Counted from the stretch's first letter, positions 10,873 through 24,845 are shown. The stretch is 33,152 nt of DNA from Welwitschia mirabilis (GCA_051453625.1 JBOZIK010000001.1:8757198-8790349); one strand, 5' to 3'. A program made the numbers and translations. The notes: a model not told the origin generated them from the sequence alone.

Positions 10873-11630
10873 GACATGTCCCAGATGGCGGTTCGGCCCT
10901 CATAGTTCCCGGTGGGCAACCGGAGATGAGATGCATGTGAGAGCGCAGCGCACTGCAATCGCGCGGCATCGTCTGCGGACTTGAATGGAGGAATGTAAGG
11001 AAGGATGCAGGTTATAGCACCCACAGCCTTGGTGCTGCTGCCTATTCCATTCCTTTGGATCCTTGCCTTCTGTTTCTTATCTGTGCATAACTCGCCTTGT
11101 TCCATTTTGTTTTATTACATTGCAATACGTATCTCAGACAACGTGAATCCATAGCCTCTGGAGTCTGTAAACAGTAAACATAAACGTTTTAATCAAGAAG
11201 AAAGGAAACCATTGTTTCTTCCTTCTTATTTGCGTAAGAGCAATTTGGCTTTTCAATTTCTGAAAGATTGTGATGAATCTGCTGTTTCTCTCCAAGTTAT
11301 TGAACAGTGGCAATAGCTGTCACCTCGTTAGCAGCAGAGCTCCTTGAAATGATAAATCGTTGGAGAAAAAAGGCGAACTCAGATTTCCTTACATGAAATC
11401 ATTCACAGTAACGATCATCGAATTCCACAAAAGATGTTGCAGGACTCATGGTGACTCAGACACGCTGTTTGATGGGACCCAAGCCTTATGATTGTAATTC
11501 AGTTACTTCGGCTGAAAAGAAATTTACGCTCATGTTGAAACGTTTCTGAGAAATGAGATGTGAGGCCTTTGGATTGAGGAATTTCAGGATTCTATTTTCT
11601 CAGCTTCCATCTTTATTGAANNNNNNNNNN

Positions 11631-11917
11631 ACTTCCTACTCTTCTTACATCATTTATGCAACATGCAAGGCCTATATGCCACCCAATTACTACGCTAAAG
11701 GCAAAGGGTGAAGATTGAAAATCCTAAAGCTACCTCATTTTAAGTAGAGTAACTCACATAAAATATTATTTTCTAAAATAATCATAATTATTTATACATT
11801 TATTTAACATTGTTGTGTTTGTTTGTGTCTTTTTATTTTAATATTAGTTTAAATTTTAGAAACTTGTAGTAAGCCTAATTATTATGAAACCTGTGTGATG
11901 TGACATGGGATTATTAG
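11631..11917 (+). mobile_element. Probable decayed Helitron 3' end
   Basis: CCTGTGTGATGTGACATGGG (11890-11909) looks like a C>T-decayed CCCGTG...CACGGG hairpin, followed by TTAG|T (for CTAG|T) at 11914-11918. Upstream peptide remnants LYAT..RLKIL..T*NIIF resemble the RepHel helicase C-terminus (QLYVA..GLKIL..TKNIVY). Confidence 0.4.
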
Positions 11918-14218
11918 TATATAGTTTTTTATCTTAATAATTTTTTCATCCATCTTGGATTTGGTTTAATTAGGTTTGATTTAATGACACTAAATATATT
12001 AATAAGAATAAAATAAAGACATAAGATTTGAAACCATTATGTTCAAATGGAGTCAATAGGCATGTACTCGAAGTACAAAGTTATTTTCAAGTAGCATGAT
12101 TATTAATTAAATTCATAAAAAGGAACATAACTTCTAAAGGATGACTAAGATAACAAATTTAATATCTAAAAATAATCTCTTATCCTATCCTATATAGAGT
12201 TAAGCTATATAAGGGCAATTTTTAAAGTATTATAGATTCTTTATCGAACAATAGGTAGACAAAATTAAACTACAAAATTCAAAATGTTATAGATTAAATC
12301 ATCACATCAAAATCTCAGGTGTTACATACATCTTTTGGCTATAAAATGAAACATGTCTCTTTAACAAACATGTTATTATGTATTTTATTAATAAAGTTAA
12401 TAATTATTAAATCAATCATGTTGACATGCTAATAAAAATTGGTTCTAGAACAAGTAGCATTAGTGGGACATTTATTCTTGGTATATTGGGTGATCAACTT
12501 AAGTTTAATAGAGGCATTGAAGTGGAAAATGTCATTATTATCCTTATAATGAAGGATATCAATGTAGAAGTAGGATTTGAATTATGATTAAGACTTTGAT
12601 TCATACTCATGGACAATAAAAAAACTCACATTCTAGGTTCAGAAGGGCAAAGGGGTGTATTAGCTAATTCTAAAATTTGTTATAGTATTAATTTTTTAAA
12701 ACCTAATCCATATTCTTTATTGTACATTGTTTACTATTAACATGCACATAGTTGTTATGTGTCATTATTTAAATTGGCTTTGTTAAATTGACTTCTCAAT
12801 GTTTCTTACTAAGTGTAGAATGACTATAAAGTAAATACTAATAAACTATCATTATTTATGCTTCTTTTGCTATTTTTGTTTACCTTCGTAGGATTTGGTG
12901 TCTATCATAGCAATGTAGGCATTCCTAGTATTTCTTCTTAAAGATAACGTGGGTTTTGATGATTACACTAAACATCTACATTCCCTTTGTTCAAGTTCAT
13001 TTCTTTCTAAGACTTATGGTGGTTCTTGAGGTGGATACAAAATAGTACGTCATGTTGATACTATTGTAATGTAGGTTTTAAAATCTTCTATTGTTTCCTC
13101 AAGAGTGGATTAGTGATCCTTAGATTCTATGTTCATATTACTAGGAGAGATTATTAAGTATAAATAGGCCTAAAAGTGGTTTTAATCAATCTTTGATTAG
13201 TTGAAAATAACTTTCTATAATTTAGGCTTATGTAACTAGGATAGGTGTAAGATGAGGATTCCTGATTAATTTTAAAAGAGACTCTAGCTCTGCTCTAAGA
13301 AGAAGAGAGTTCGAAGATAAAGTTGGATCCTCCTTATAAAATCTATTGAACTTTTTAGTTGTTTTATACTTAATAATCATTTCTTCTTCATATTCAGGTT
13401 ATAAGTACTGGTGATCTACTTTAATTTTAGAATTCATGATGTTTACACGTTATGAGTTTTTAGATCTAATTCTAGTTGCTTCTTGTGATGAATCTATTTC
13501 TCATATTTGTTTAGGTTAAGAACTTGTGTGAATCAAAGGTTGAGAAGTTGGATCTCTATTCCATTTGGATTTTTTATTATATTTCTCCTGAACCTTTATC
13601 ATGTATTAATATTTTGAACTCACTATTAGTATTCATAACATAAATAATTAATGTATTATCATGATTCTTCAACTTATAATAAAAAATTTTCAACTATTTT
13701 TCAATTGTAGTAAGTATTTTCAGAACAATATGCTACACTTATTTTCTGATAACAAAATAGATTCTTTAAATTAACTTAAAGAAGGTTTTGTAAACTTGCC
13801 TCGATCTTGACATTTGGTGTAGTCTTCTTCTAATAATCTTCCATGTAATCTTCCTTTAAAAGTCCTCTAATCTTCTTAGTGTTGTACCTTTTAGAACAAA
13901 GCAAATAAAGAGTGTTTTATTGGTTTTTCATTTACCCTAAGAACAGTAGCCACAAATACTAAAAGTACAATAAATCAGAGAATGGAAAGTATAAAACAAT
14001 GAAAAACGAACTAGAAATAAAGAACATAGTAATAACAAAAAGGAAAATAAAGAACCTTGAAAAACTAATATAAAGTGAAATAAACAAAACAAAGTACAAA
14101 TATCAAAATGTACTAACAAATTATCATAAAAGGAAGAAAAGAAAATAACTCAAAAAATTAGAACTTAAAAAATGAAAGAAAAGAATTACTAAAAACTTGA
14201 AAAGAAAAAGGTTCAAAG

Positions 14219-15420
14219 TATAAGGTTTAAAACTTGGAAAATAAAGGATCTAACTCTACTTATTCTAAGATTTTAAATCATTGATGCTTTTCTATAAATA
14301 GTGCGAAAAAGTGAAGTGGTGAAAAACTATCTAAGATAATCAACAAATGGTCTTTTTTATTTCATGGAAGCTATTAAATGTTGATTTGAAATAATAAAAA
14401 CTAGGATTGAGTAAATTACATGTAACCAATTTTGTTTCTAAATAATAAATTAAAAACCTAAAAGAAAAATGGATTTTTATTGAAAAATGGAAAGGCAGAA
14501 GTAACTATGATTTTACTATTCACATGCACGTAAAAAAAGGAACAATGTTGACTTTAAAAAGTTAATAGTCTCTCATCCTATTAGTGATTATTTAAAGTAT
14601 AATATATTACTATTTATGAATCTTTTTCTCTAATGACACCGTGAATGAGTTGCATCTTAAAGAGAAAAGGATAGATAATAACTTAAACAAGAAAACAAAT
14701 CATGTATTGAACTAGTTATATACATGGAAAATCCATATGAAATGTAATAATAATAAGTTGGAGAAGAGTGAAATCAACTGGAAGATCATGTAAGTCATTA
14801 TTGGATTAAAATTATAAGGTTTAAAACTTATAAAATAAGGTATCTAACTCTAATTATTTTAATAGTTTAAATCACCAATGCTTCCCTAGAAATAGTTCCA
14901 AAAAGATGATAGTGATGAAAAACTATCTAAGATGATTAACAACTGGTTTTGTTTTTAATTTCATGGAAGCTATTAGATGTGGATTTGAAATAATAAAAAG
15001 TAGGATTGAGTAAATCACATGTAGCTAATTACTGTTTCTAATTAATAAATAAAAATCACTAAAATAAAAATGAATTTGTATTATAAAATAAAAAGCAAGA
15101 AGTAACTATTGATTTTAGTGTTTACATGTACCTTAAAAAAAAAAAAGAAATAATGTTGACTCTATAAAGTTAATAGTCTATCATCTTATTAATGATGTGT
15201 TAAAGTAGAAGATATTACTACACATGACTTGATTTCTATAATGACAACATGAATAAGTCACATGTTAGAGATAAAAGAATAAGTAAAAAATTATACAAGA
15301 GATCAAATCATGTATTAAATTCATCATATGCATGAAAAATCAATATCAAAGGTAACAAAAACAAGCAGAAGAAGAGTGAAATAAACTTGAAGGTTATATA
15401 AGTCACTATTAGATTAAAAT
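14219..15420 (-). repeat. ~600-bp diverged tandem duplication (14219-14812, 14813-15420), each unit holding an LTR 3' end, PBS and leader start on the minus strand
   Basis: Both units start TATAAGGTTTAAAACTT and end GATTAAAAT, sharing TGAAAAACTATCTAAGAT, TTTCATGGAAGCTATTA and TTTGAAATAATAAAAA. Minus-strand CA|TCTTTTTGGAACTATTTCTAGGGA (LTR end 14907) and CA|CTTTTTCGCACTATTTATAGAAA (14312) resemble a decayed Athila-type PBS. Confidence 0.8.
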
Positions 15421-16062
15421 GGGAGGGGGCGGAATGAGCTAACAAAAATACTTGATTTAAGCATATTCTAATAGGATTTCAATAAAAAGGCCTTAAATGT
15501 ATATCATTTTATGTAATGAAATTGAATATTTAGTAGAGTCAAACTAAACTCAAGCTTAATTATAAAGTAAATAAAAGTACAAGAGTGATTAGAAAAGAAT
15601 TTTTCTCAAGTTAAATCAACAACTAAACTCCCTTTTCTAATGAACATGATCTAAATTTATAATGAGATTTCAAAGGAAATTAAGGAAAAATGTTAATGGA
15701 ATTGATGTCAAATCAGATATGAATGGGTAAAATATGGATTAATTATTAATTTGATATCATTTTTATCTTTGATTATTTTTAAATGTTTTTGTAAAGCCTT
15801 ATCACTTACCCTAATGTATTCTTCCTTATTACCAATTTATCTCTTCACATTAAATTTCTTGCCATTAAGTAATAAATGGGAGTTGGGTTAATCTTTAACC
15901 AAACACCATTCTTATTATTAGTAATAAAAGTGGATCAAAAAATCTGGTTATTTTTATTCTTACCATGATAAGAAACTCTTATCATCTTTTATCACCAAGT
16001 ATTAAATCAAGGATAAGATTTCCTTTTCAATCACCAAGTAATAATCCATTTGAACTAGAAAT

Positions 16063-16065
<3 letters not shown>

Positions 16066-16131
<66 letters not shown>

Positions 16132-16231
16132 NNNNNNNNNNNNNNNNNNNNNNNNNNNNNNNNNNNNNNNNNNNNNNNNNNNNNNNNNNNNNNNNNNNNN
16201 NNNNNNNNNNNNNNNNNNNNNNNNNNNNNNN

Positions 16232-16304
<73 letters not shown>
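16066..16304. repeat. (CT)n/(AG)n microsatellite spanning a 100-N gap
   Basis: Pure CT runs on both sides of gap 16132-16231. Both end CTCTCAC, so it is probably one ~65-75-bp array represented twice. Confidence 0.97.
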
Positions 16305-16309
<5 letters not shown>

Positions 16310-19300
16310 GTGATAATATAATTATTTACGTGTAGATTGCATTATCATAATCTTGTCATTGAGTGAAAAACTTAGTTTGCATACAAGAATTTAAAAATTT
16401 TAATTGCAATCTTATCACTCAATCATAAAGAAAAAATTATTATCACATACTATCACTAAGCGATAAATTTTTTTATAAACTCATATATATTTTATCAATA
16501 TGATCTAAGTTTATGATGTCATTATGATACATTTAATTTTCAAAAATTCATAGACTTAAAATATCAATATATCAAGATAAATGATGTCGTTATTAAATAT
16601 TATATATTAACTATCATGGACTTAGATTTATTATTATATTAAACATATGTGAAAATTCATCTACAATGGTTTCCATACATCAAGTCCATACCATTTAAAG
16701 TATAATTTTTAGACATTGTCAAATCTAAACAGAATAGATTTTAGAAAAGTAGTAGATAAGAATAGTTTATGTTCACATTGAACATAATGTAATAAAATGC
16801 TTGTTATTGTAATTTGATATTTAAATGGTTTGAAATATATGATGATAAATTCACATTTTTGACGTATGCAAGAATAGTAAACTTTTAGTGAATGGTATGA
16901 TAAAAAATACATATAAGTGCACTAAGATTATCTTACAATAGAATTATCATAATGCATGAAGAATATAAGTTTAATTCTTTAAATTGAACTTTAAAGGATT
17001 ACTTGCCATGATAAGATTTATATTATTTTTAACTTCTTATTAAGAAAATGATAGAAAACATTAAGAACCTCCCACTCCTTATCTTACTTAGTGATATTTC
17101 AAGATTTATTGGTGATAGTAAGCCTTTGACCATAAAAGGATGATATTGAAAAGATATATAATTCATCACTAATAGATAAATTATAAGGATAAAAAAAGAA
17201 TGATAAGCATAATTAGGATTTAGAAAGAAAAGTTGGATTCTTAAAAAATCACTAATAAAGGAGGAGCAGAAATAAGAAAAATAATAAGAACAACTAAGGA
17301 AAAGATAAAAGGTCCCTTACTTTAACTTCATCCTACAAAGAAACAGAGGTGCTTGAAATGGTGTCAAGAAGGCATAAGAAATGGGTTTAAATAATTTTGA
17401 ATAAAATAAGAAAGGATTAAAAGGACATTATAACAAGATTCAATGAAAGAGCTTAACCACTATAGAAGGTTCCTCTCCAAGGAGGACGTCTTCTAAGTAT
17501 TCCCCCCTAATTACACTTCTCTTCCTTCTTCTTCTTTTTCATTCTTTATTCTTATGTATATAATTCTTTTGAAAGGTATGTAATAAAAAAACCTATACTT
17601 TATTCTTTCAAAATGAAATTCACACCTAAATTTCTTTAACCTATTTAAACATTAAGGACAATGTCTAGCATTAGATTTTTCCCCCTTTTTTTCATGTGGG
17701 GTGTGGGGAAGTATAGGAAATTAATTATCTTAATAAAATAAATTAAATTTTATCTTAATCATAAATTTGTATTGCTTATAAATATTTTGAAAAGATGAAA
17801 CATTTTAAAATTATAAATGAAGTGGGATTTTAAAAGTTAGAAGTTTTTGTTTTCCTTTTTATTTTACTTATCAATCTAATTTACTTTAACATATGAAATA
17901 TATTTAAAGTTTTACATATTAGGGATCTTAGAATTTAATAGGACAGTATATTTTAATACTATAAATACTATTTTTATTATTGAATTATCATTTATCAGGT
18001 TTTATGCTTATAATTTTCAAAATTTTATTGGAAAAAACTTATATTTAGAACCTACATTATAGGTTATTCTTGGATTTTCACTTTCATGAAAGTCAAATAT
18101 CCTAATAAGATTAGCATTACCATCTATATTATTATTGCCACTATCTTTATTAGGACAAATTAGTTCTAAAATATATTGATTGCTAATCATTGGATACATT
18201 ATTAAATTAACTTTATGACATGAGGTTCAAGTAAGTTTGATAGCTAAAGCACCAAACTAGAGCTTAAGAATATTAAGGATTACATAACTAAAACTTACAG
18301 CCTAAGGATATATATTAAATATCATCTATTATTAAAATGAATGTATCAATGCAATTCATAATTGTAACTAGGAATATAAAAGTAAATCTTAGCTCAAAGA
18401 TTAATGTTATCATCTTTTAGTCATTTCATATTGCATTAGAACTCTATTATTCTAAACTCAAATTTTCTATCACTATGATAAAGGCTTCTCTTACCACAAG
18501 GTTCTAAATCTCTTTTTCCCCTTGTTAAGTATAAGGAAATAATTGATTGATAATACATCTTCCTAGCTAAACGTAAATTTTTATTTTTATATTAAAATAA
18601 TATTTACTATAATGTTCGCATCATTGGTAAATGCACTTTGATATTTAATTAAATTTATGTTCTATTCCATCATTAATATAATTATGATTACTAGTTATGC
18701 AATAATACATTTTGAATATGCTTTTATATTTCTTATTTAAATATGTTCCTTTAATTTATTAGGAGGATTTAAATAATTGATGTGTTATTGTTTGTAACAT
18801 ATTTTATACTATCCTTGTATTTTAACATTTTATTGCAAAACATAACATTTCTAAATTCATTGCTTGCATGACATTTGAAATCTATATAATGAATATTTTA
18901 ATGCTCTCCTATGAATCTAATTTATACTTACATAGTATCTTTAACTTAACTTAAGCTTACTTAGTCAATTGTCTTATAGTAAATTATTCTTTATTTTAAA
19001 AAAAAAAAATCTCTTTAATATATTAATTTATTTAATTAATTTTTTAAATTCCTTTATATTTAAACATACATCAAACCTTTTTATTCATAATGTAAACTAT
19101 TACAAACTATAAAATTCCTTTGTAATCCCAAAGAGGAAAGAATAATTAAATTCAACTATATTATAATAAAATGCCCTAGTTCTATAAATTTAAAACTATA
19201 AAATATACCTTGACCACTAGGGAAAAACATTTAAAGATCATGAATTATAATAAAAATCAAGGCATAATAAAAAAAATTAGCATAAATTAAATTAAGGGCA

Positions 19301-22300
19301 TGTAACTGAGGGCTCGTCCAATCAACAAGATAGTGGTTGTATCACTTTTTCAGTATGAAGTACAAAACAACTACAAGATGTTGTACTACATATGCTATTC
19401 TTGGTCATGTAGATACTTGTATTGGTTTACCTAATAAGTTATCTTGAATAAGAAGTTAAACTATTCTTAGAGAATTATGTGTCTAATAACTTACAACTAG
19501 CACACAGACTCACTAGTGCTTTAACATAGCTATGAATAAGTACTTTAATTTTAAATTTTTTTCATGAGGAGATGTGACACCCTCTCTTCTCATATCCTAA
19601 TTAAGCATAATTTTTTTCTCTTTTTTCTTCGTTCCTTCTTTAATAATATAATATAATAAGCATAACGGGACATAGGATCAAATTTTACTTTTTGATTTAC
19701 TAGCATTTCTATATTCTTAGAATCACAAATCACATTAATTTTATATATTTGCTTATAATTAATTTTCAAATTATTTTAGTTTACAAATAATAGCGATGTC
19801 ATAAGTTTGCTTCTCCATTTCTTCCTAGTTTTTTTAATCATATAAAAGATATCTTATGAATAGTTGAGAACATATAAACTTGTTATAAATATACATGGAT
19901 AAGTTTAAGGATAATACCTAACCAATATAATAGGANNNNNNNNNNNNNNNNNNNNNNNNNNNNNNNNNNNNNNNNNNNNNNNNNNNNNNNNNNNNNNNNN
20001 NNNNNNNNNNNNNNNNNNNNNNNNNNNNNNNNNNNNNNNNNNNNNNNNNNNNNNNNNNNNNNNNNNNNNNNNNNNNNNNNNNNNNNNNNNNNNNNNNNNN
20101 NNNNNNNNNNNNNNNNNNNNNNNNNNNNNNNNNNNNNNNNNNNNNNNNNNNNNNNNNNNNNNNNNNNNNNNNNNNNNNNNNNNNNNNNNNNNNNNNNNNN
20201 NNNNNNNNNNNNNNNNNNNNNNNNNNNNNNNNNNNNNNNNNNNNNNNNNNNNNNNNNNNNNNNNNNNNNNNNNNNNNNNNNNNNNNNNNNNNNNNNNNNN
20301 NNNNNNNNNNNNNNNNNNNNNNNNNNNNNNNNNNNNNNNNNNNNNNNNNNNNNNNNNNNNNNNNNNNNNNNNNNNNNNNNNNNNNNNNNNNNNNNNNNNN
20401 NNNNNNNNNNNNNNNNNNNNNNNNNNNNNNNNNNNNNNNNNNNNNNNNNNNNNNNNNNNNNNNNNNNNNNNNNNNNNNNNNNNNNNNNNNNNNNNNNNNN
20501 NNNNNNNNNNNNNNNNNNNNNNNNNNNNNNNNNNNNNNNNNNNNNNNNNNNNNNNNNNNNNNNNNNNNNNNNNNNNNNNNNNNNNNNNNNNNNNNNNNNN
20601 NNNNNNNNNNNNNNNNNNNNNNNNNNNNNNNNNNNNNNNNNNNNNNNNNNNNNNNNNNNNNNNNNNNNNNNNNNNNNNNNNNNNNNNNNNNNNNNNNNNN
20701 NNNNNNNNNNNNNNNNNNNNNNNNNNNNNNNNNNNNNNNNNNNNNNNNNNNNNNNNNNNNNNNNNNNNNNNNNNNNNNNNNNNNNNNNNNNNNNNNNNNN
20801 NNNNNNNNNNNNNNNNNNNNNNNNNNNNNNNATAATTACTAAAATATCTAGATATTAAGTTGGAGTAAGATTATACATGGGTAGGGAAGGCGAGTAGTGA
20901 TCAAATCCACTTCTAAAAGGGTATTATTAAAAAAAAGTTCAATATAACCTGATTTGATGATAAAATCAAAGTGTAAAGATGAACATTATTAGAATTACCT
21001 TGATTTAGTCCTATTTGATGAATACATCATAGAAATGCATATATACATTTCTAACCAATGTGGATCATTAATGGATTATTTATTTAGTTATAATAATTGT
21101 AATCATTATTAGGTTCATTTTATAGAAATAACCATAAAAAGAAAACAAGCATACAAGAACATTTCCATATTCAAGATTAAAATCATGAAAATCTAGATAA
21201 AGGGAATATTCTTTTTTTGTATCCAAATAAAGAAAATATTATTTTCTCTTTTTATTATAATAATAATAAAAATATTTAAAATTTATCAAATCACATCTTT
21301 ATGATATACTTAAAGAAACTCAAACATACCTGGGGCTATGCCAATTCGAGAAACATTCTTTTCTACTCATATGACAATCTCCATGGATTGGTGCAAAGAA
21401 GGTAAACAAATGAAAGTATAGCTCAAAGCATAATTGTTAAGATATAAATCTTTATCAAAGATTCTATGGCTATATCATAAGTTAATAAGAAAAAGTGATA
21501 AGCTAGAGACTATTTATGTTACTTAAACTACTAAGGTGAAAATTCTTATAAGCATACACATTCAAAGTAAAATTAAAAAATAGTAAAAGAGGTATTTCTA
21601 TAACTAAAATACTATTTATAGCTAATTCAATCTAAAGTTATTGGTAAAACCATTTATTATATACTTAAATTCCCTATAAAGTTCTACATAATAATTTTTC
21701 TATAATTTAAAACATTAATTATGACATTTTTGTACTCTAAGGCAATATCATAGTAGAAAATTAATAATTAATTAATTATAAGATAAAAAATAAATTATAG
21801 TAGTTTTTTAAAACCTAGACATGTATAGGATTCTCAAAATATAACTTAAACTATCTCAGAATTCTAAAAGTATTATCTTTAAAGTTATCATTTAAGGTTA
21901 AACACTATCAAAGTATTTAAAATTACAATCCTATCGTACTATACTAAAATCATCATACCTTTTAAATTACTTTTCATTTTTAAATTATTTGAGATGTTTT
22001 GTAAAGCTTGTTCAATGTTATAAAACTTAGGAGGATCAAGTTAATATATGTCTTAACAAATATTTATAAAAATATAAATTAATTGCTTACTATTTTTTTG
22101 CATTTATTTTCTAATATATTTTTCTAATATATTTTAACAAATAAATTTTCTTAAAAATAATTATCCATTAGAAAAACTACTAATTTTACATTTTCATATT
22201 TATAACACAATCCTATATTTACAATTTTTTTAAATTAATTTTTACATACTAATTAATAAGCTATGTTTTTTTTACCCTATGCTTCTATTTTGGAAATTTA

Positions 22301-22699
22301 ATTTTCACCATAATAAAAATATGATAAGCTTTCTACAACTAGTTAAGCAATACTTAGATTAGTAAAATAATGGATATACTAACTAATTACTTATATAATA
22401 TCTTAGCTACATTACTAATTCAAATCAAAAATTAAATGAATTCAAAAAGGACCATTTATTATAAGCCTTAGGATTTCCATGAAAGAGTACTAGCTTAAAG
22501 AGATTTTTGAGGATCAGACTTTTCTCTTAATAAGATAGATCTAATTCATAATACATAAAATATAATATTATAATAAACATGGGTATGCTTTTTTTTCCCC
22601 TTGTGAAATAGTAAATCCTCTAGTCACTTAGCCATAATCATCCATTAGTAACCTCCATCACCAAGCATAAGAAACCTCTCATATCTTCCTAGAATTTTG

Positions 22700-23381
22700 G
22701 TGAGAACCAATGGGAGGAAATAATGTTTTACAACATAATTGCATAAAAACTATAAATACTTCCCTAATGCAATATTACATCTTTCCACTATAATCTTAAA
22801 AAACGATCATATGGACAATAAGAGTAAAGAGCTTACTTGGGAATATTAGTAAGTCTTTGATAATTAAAGACTAATAAAGATCCAAACTTAAGAGTTCCTT
22901 AGCTCCAAGCTTCAAAGCTCTAAGCTCCATAAGTAAGGTAATAAAAGAAATAGAAAGGAAATGCACTTATATGAGAAAAAAATAAAGGTATCTCCTTTTA
23001 CAAGAGAGGAAGGATCTCTATATATAGATAAACAAAGGCATATAACTCAAAATCACAAAATCAAATGATTTAGCATTAATAAGTGGGATGAGTAATAAGT
23101 GATATTAGGGTACAAAAAGAGATCATATTTATGACTTATGCACCTAACTAAGGTAATTAATTTTTGTGCTTTAATTACTAAGACTAATTACATGCATCTT
23201 TTCCTCATGCTAGATCCTTTTTAATCCTACATAAACTCATAAGTAAGTTTAATTCATTTAAGAGATGCATTAAAAGAATAAATGCATAAATCTCAAAATT
23301 GTTATGTGTCATAATGAGAAAAAGTCTTCAATTATAATGAATAAAACAATGAGTATGCTATAAACTAAGTGCCCTTACACA
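22700..23381 (-). mobile_element. Possible LTR fragment, head-to-head with the family A LTR
   Basis: Minus strand begins TGTGTAAGGGCAC at 23381 and contains CTATATATAGAGATCCTTCCTCTCTTGTAAAAGG (~22995-23028), a typical LTR TATA/R arrangement. The other boundary is uncertain. Confidence 0.35.
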
Positions 23382-23403
23382 TCTCAAAAATAACAAAGCC
23401 ATG

Positions 23404-24824
23404 TGTTATGCTACTAACCTGTATGTATTTGATAGGATATTTTGAGTAGTTTCACAGAACATTAGAGAGGTTTATATTGAATTTTAATGATAATGGAGAG
23501 CTAAGATAAATGACACAAAAACATTCGATCTTCATTACGTTTTATAGCATTTAAGGCAATTTACAATATTTCCTATCTGAAGTAAAAATATTTCAAATAA
23601 TAAGGATAATTTGATACATGAATAACTATACAAAAGTCTATTATCCACCTCATTTTTTGGATGATTATGTAAATAACAAAACATTTAAGTAAATAAGGAT
23701 GCTGACTGGATCAATATAGCAACTAATGTGGAACTCTTATGAGGTGGTATTATCTCCTATATGATCTAGACAATTAACAAGATAACACTAAAGATAGAAG
23801 CTTCAATAAACTTTACCAAACTCTAGTCATTTATCTCACATGTTCTTGCATGATTATTAAGGTTGTTTACATTCTTCTTAGTTTTCTTTAGTTTTAGATT
23901 ATGTTTTGTAAATAAATACCTCCTCTATCCTCGATTCTGTTTTATCTTCATTTGCACTAAAAATTTTTGTGACAGAAGGTCAAAGAACTGGAGATATATT
24001 CATTATTGTTATAGAAAGATGTCTTTCTTAGTGTTGAATTGTGTATCCTTCATGAAGGTGCTGCTGCTTTGTAATATGGATGTTGGTTCAATTCTAATTA
24101 AAACTTTGTTTNNNNNNNNNNNNNNNNNNNNNNNNNNNNNNNNNNNNNNNNNNNNNNNNNNNNNNNNNNNNNNNNNNNNNNNNNNNNNNNNNNNNNNNNN
24201 NNNNNNNNNNNTAGATTATGTTTTGTAAATAAATACCTCCTCTATCCTCGATTTTGTTTTATCTTCATTTGCACTAAAAATTTTTGTGACAGGAGGTCAA
24301 AGAACTGGAGATATATTCATTATTGTTATAGAAAGATGTCTTTCTTTGTGTTGAATTGTGTATCCTTCATGAAGGTGCTGTTGCTTTGTAATATGGATGT
24401 TGGTTCAATTCTAATTAAAACTTTGTTTCTATTTTCATATCTTTATTTTATGCATGTTCCTTATGGTTTATGTTTCTTCTGACTCTATGATAGCTTCTTT
24501 AGTAATCTAGATTACAATCTTTGTTAAGATTGACATTATTAATTAGGTGCATTGTATTCCCTTTTCTAGATTAATGTGCATTTCATTTTTAAAAGTGTAT
24601 TTGCATTGTTATTTCTGCATTACTATTTTATTTCTACTTTAAGGATACATAGTGATTTATTCTCGAAATCAATTCTCTTTCTTCTCATCTATGCTTTCAA
24701 CAAGAATATGACATTTGGGTCACTTTCATCTATATTAGTGTATTGTATTATGCAAAATCTATATATTTGTAAATGATAGGATTTACTTAAGAATGTAATG
24801 TTTACACAAATACAGACTACAACA
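23404..24824 (+). repeat. 5' LTR (family A), inflated by a gap-flanking artefactual duplication
   Basis: TG...CA termini directly followed by a PBS. Blocks such as TTTGATAGGATATTTTGAGTA, GGTATTATCTCCTAT and CCTTATGGTTTATGTT match the minus-strand LTR at 30241-31423. Confidence 0.75.
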
Positions 24825-24826
24825 TC

Positions 24827-24845
24827 TTGACACCATTGCTAAGGA
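24827..24845 (+). other. Decayed primer-binding site (Athila-type, tRNA-Asp-associated)
   Basis: TTGACACCATTGCTAAGGA versus canonical TTGGCGCCGTTGCCGGGGA. All six differences are G>A or C>T, and it lies 2 nt after the LTR-terminal CA. Confidence 0.75.

Larger units (their letters stand above)
8780..11620. other. GC/CpG-retaining, apparently low-copy island amid CpG-depleted TE debris
   Basis: CG dinucleotides are abundant at ~8800-9790 and ~10190-11550 but nearly absent in flanking TE regions. No TE protein motifs. The ORFs in it (9165-9674 -, 10355-10633 +, 10737-11105 -) are not recognisable proteins. Confidence 0.75.

Noticed and set aside
10355..11105. ORFs 10355-10633 (+) and 10737-11105 (-) as protein genes
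   Set aside because: No recognisable domain or signal. Such lengths are expected by chance in GC-richer DNA.
15965..16321. LSLSLS / RERERE ORFs
   Set aside because: These are translations of the (CT)n microsatellite and N gap.
12311..19582. Isolated LTR-terminus-like words (GGTGTTACA at ~12326, TGTGACACCC at 19573) and an Athila-like internal motif at ~17650-17710
   Set aside because: Probably further TE debris, but no partner terminus or coding motif could be verified, so boundaries cannot be supported.
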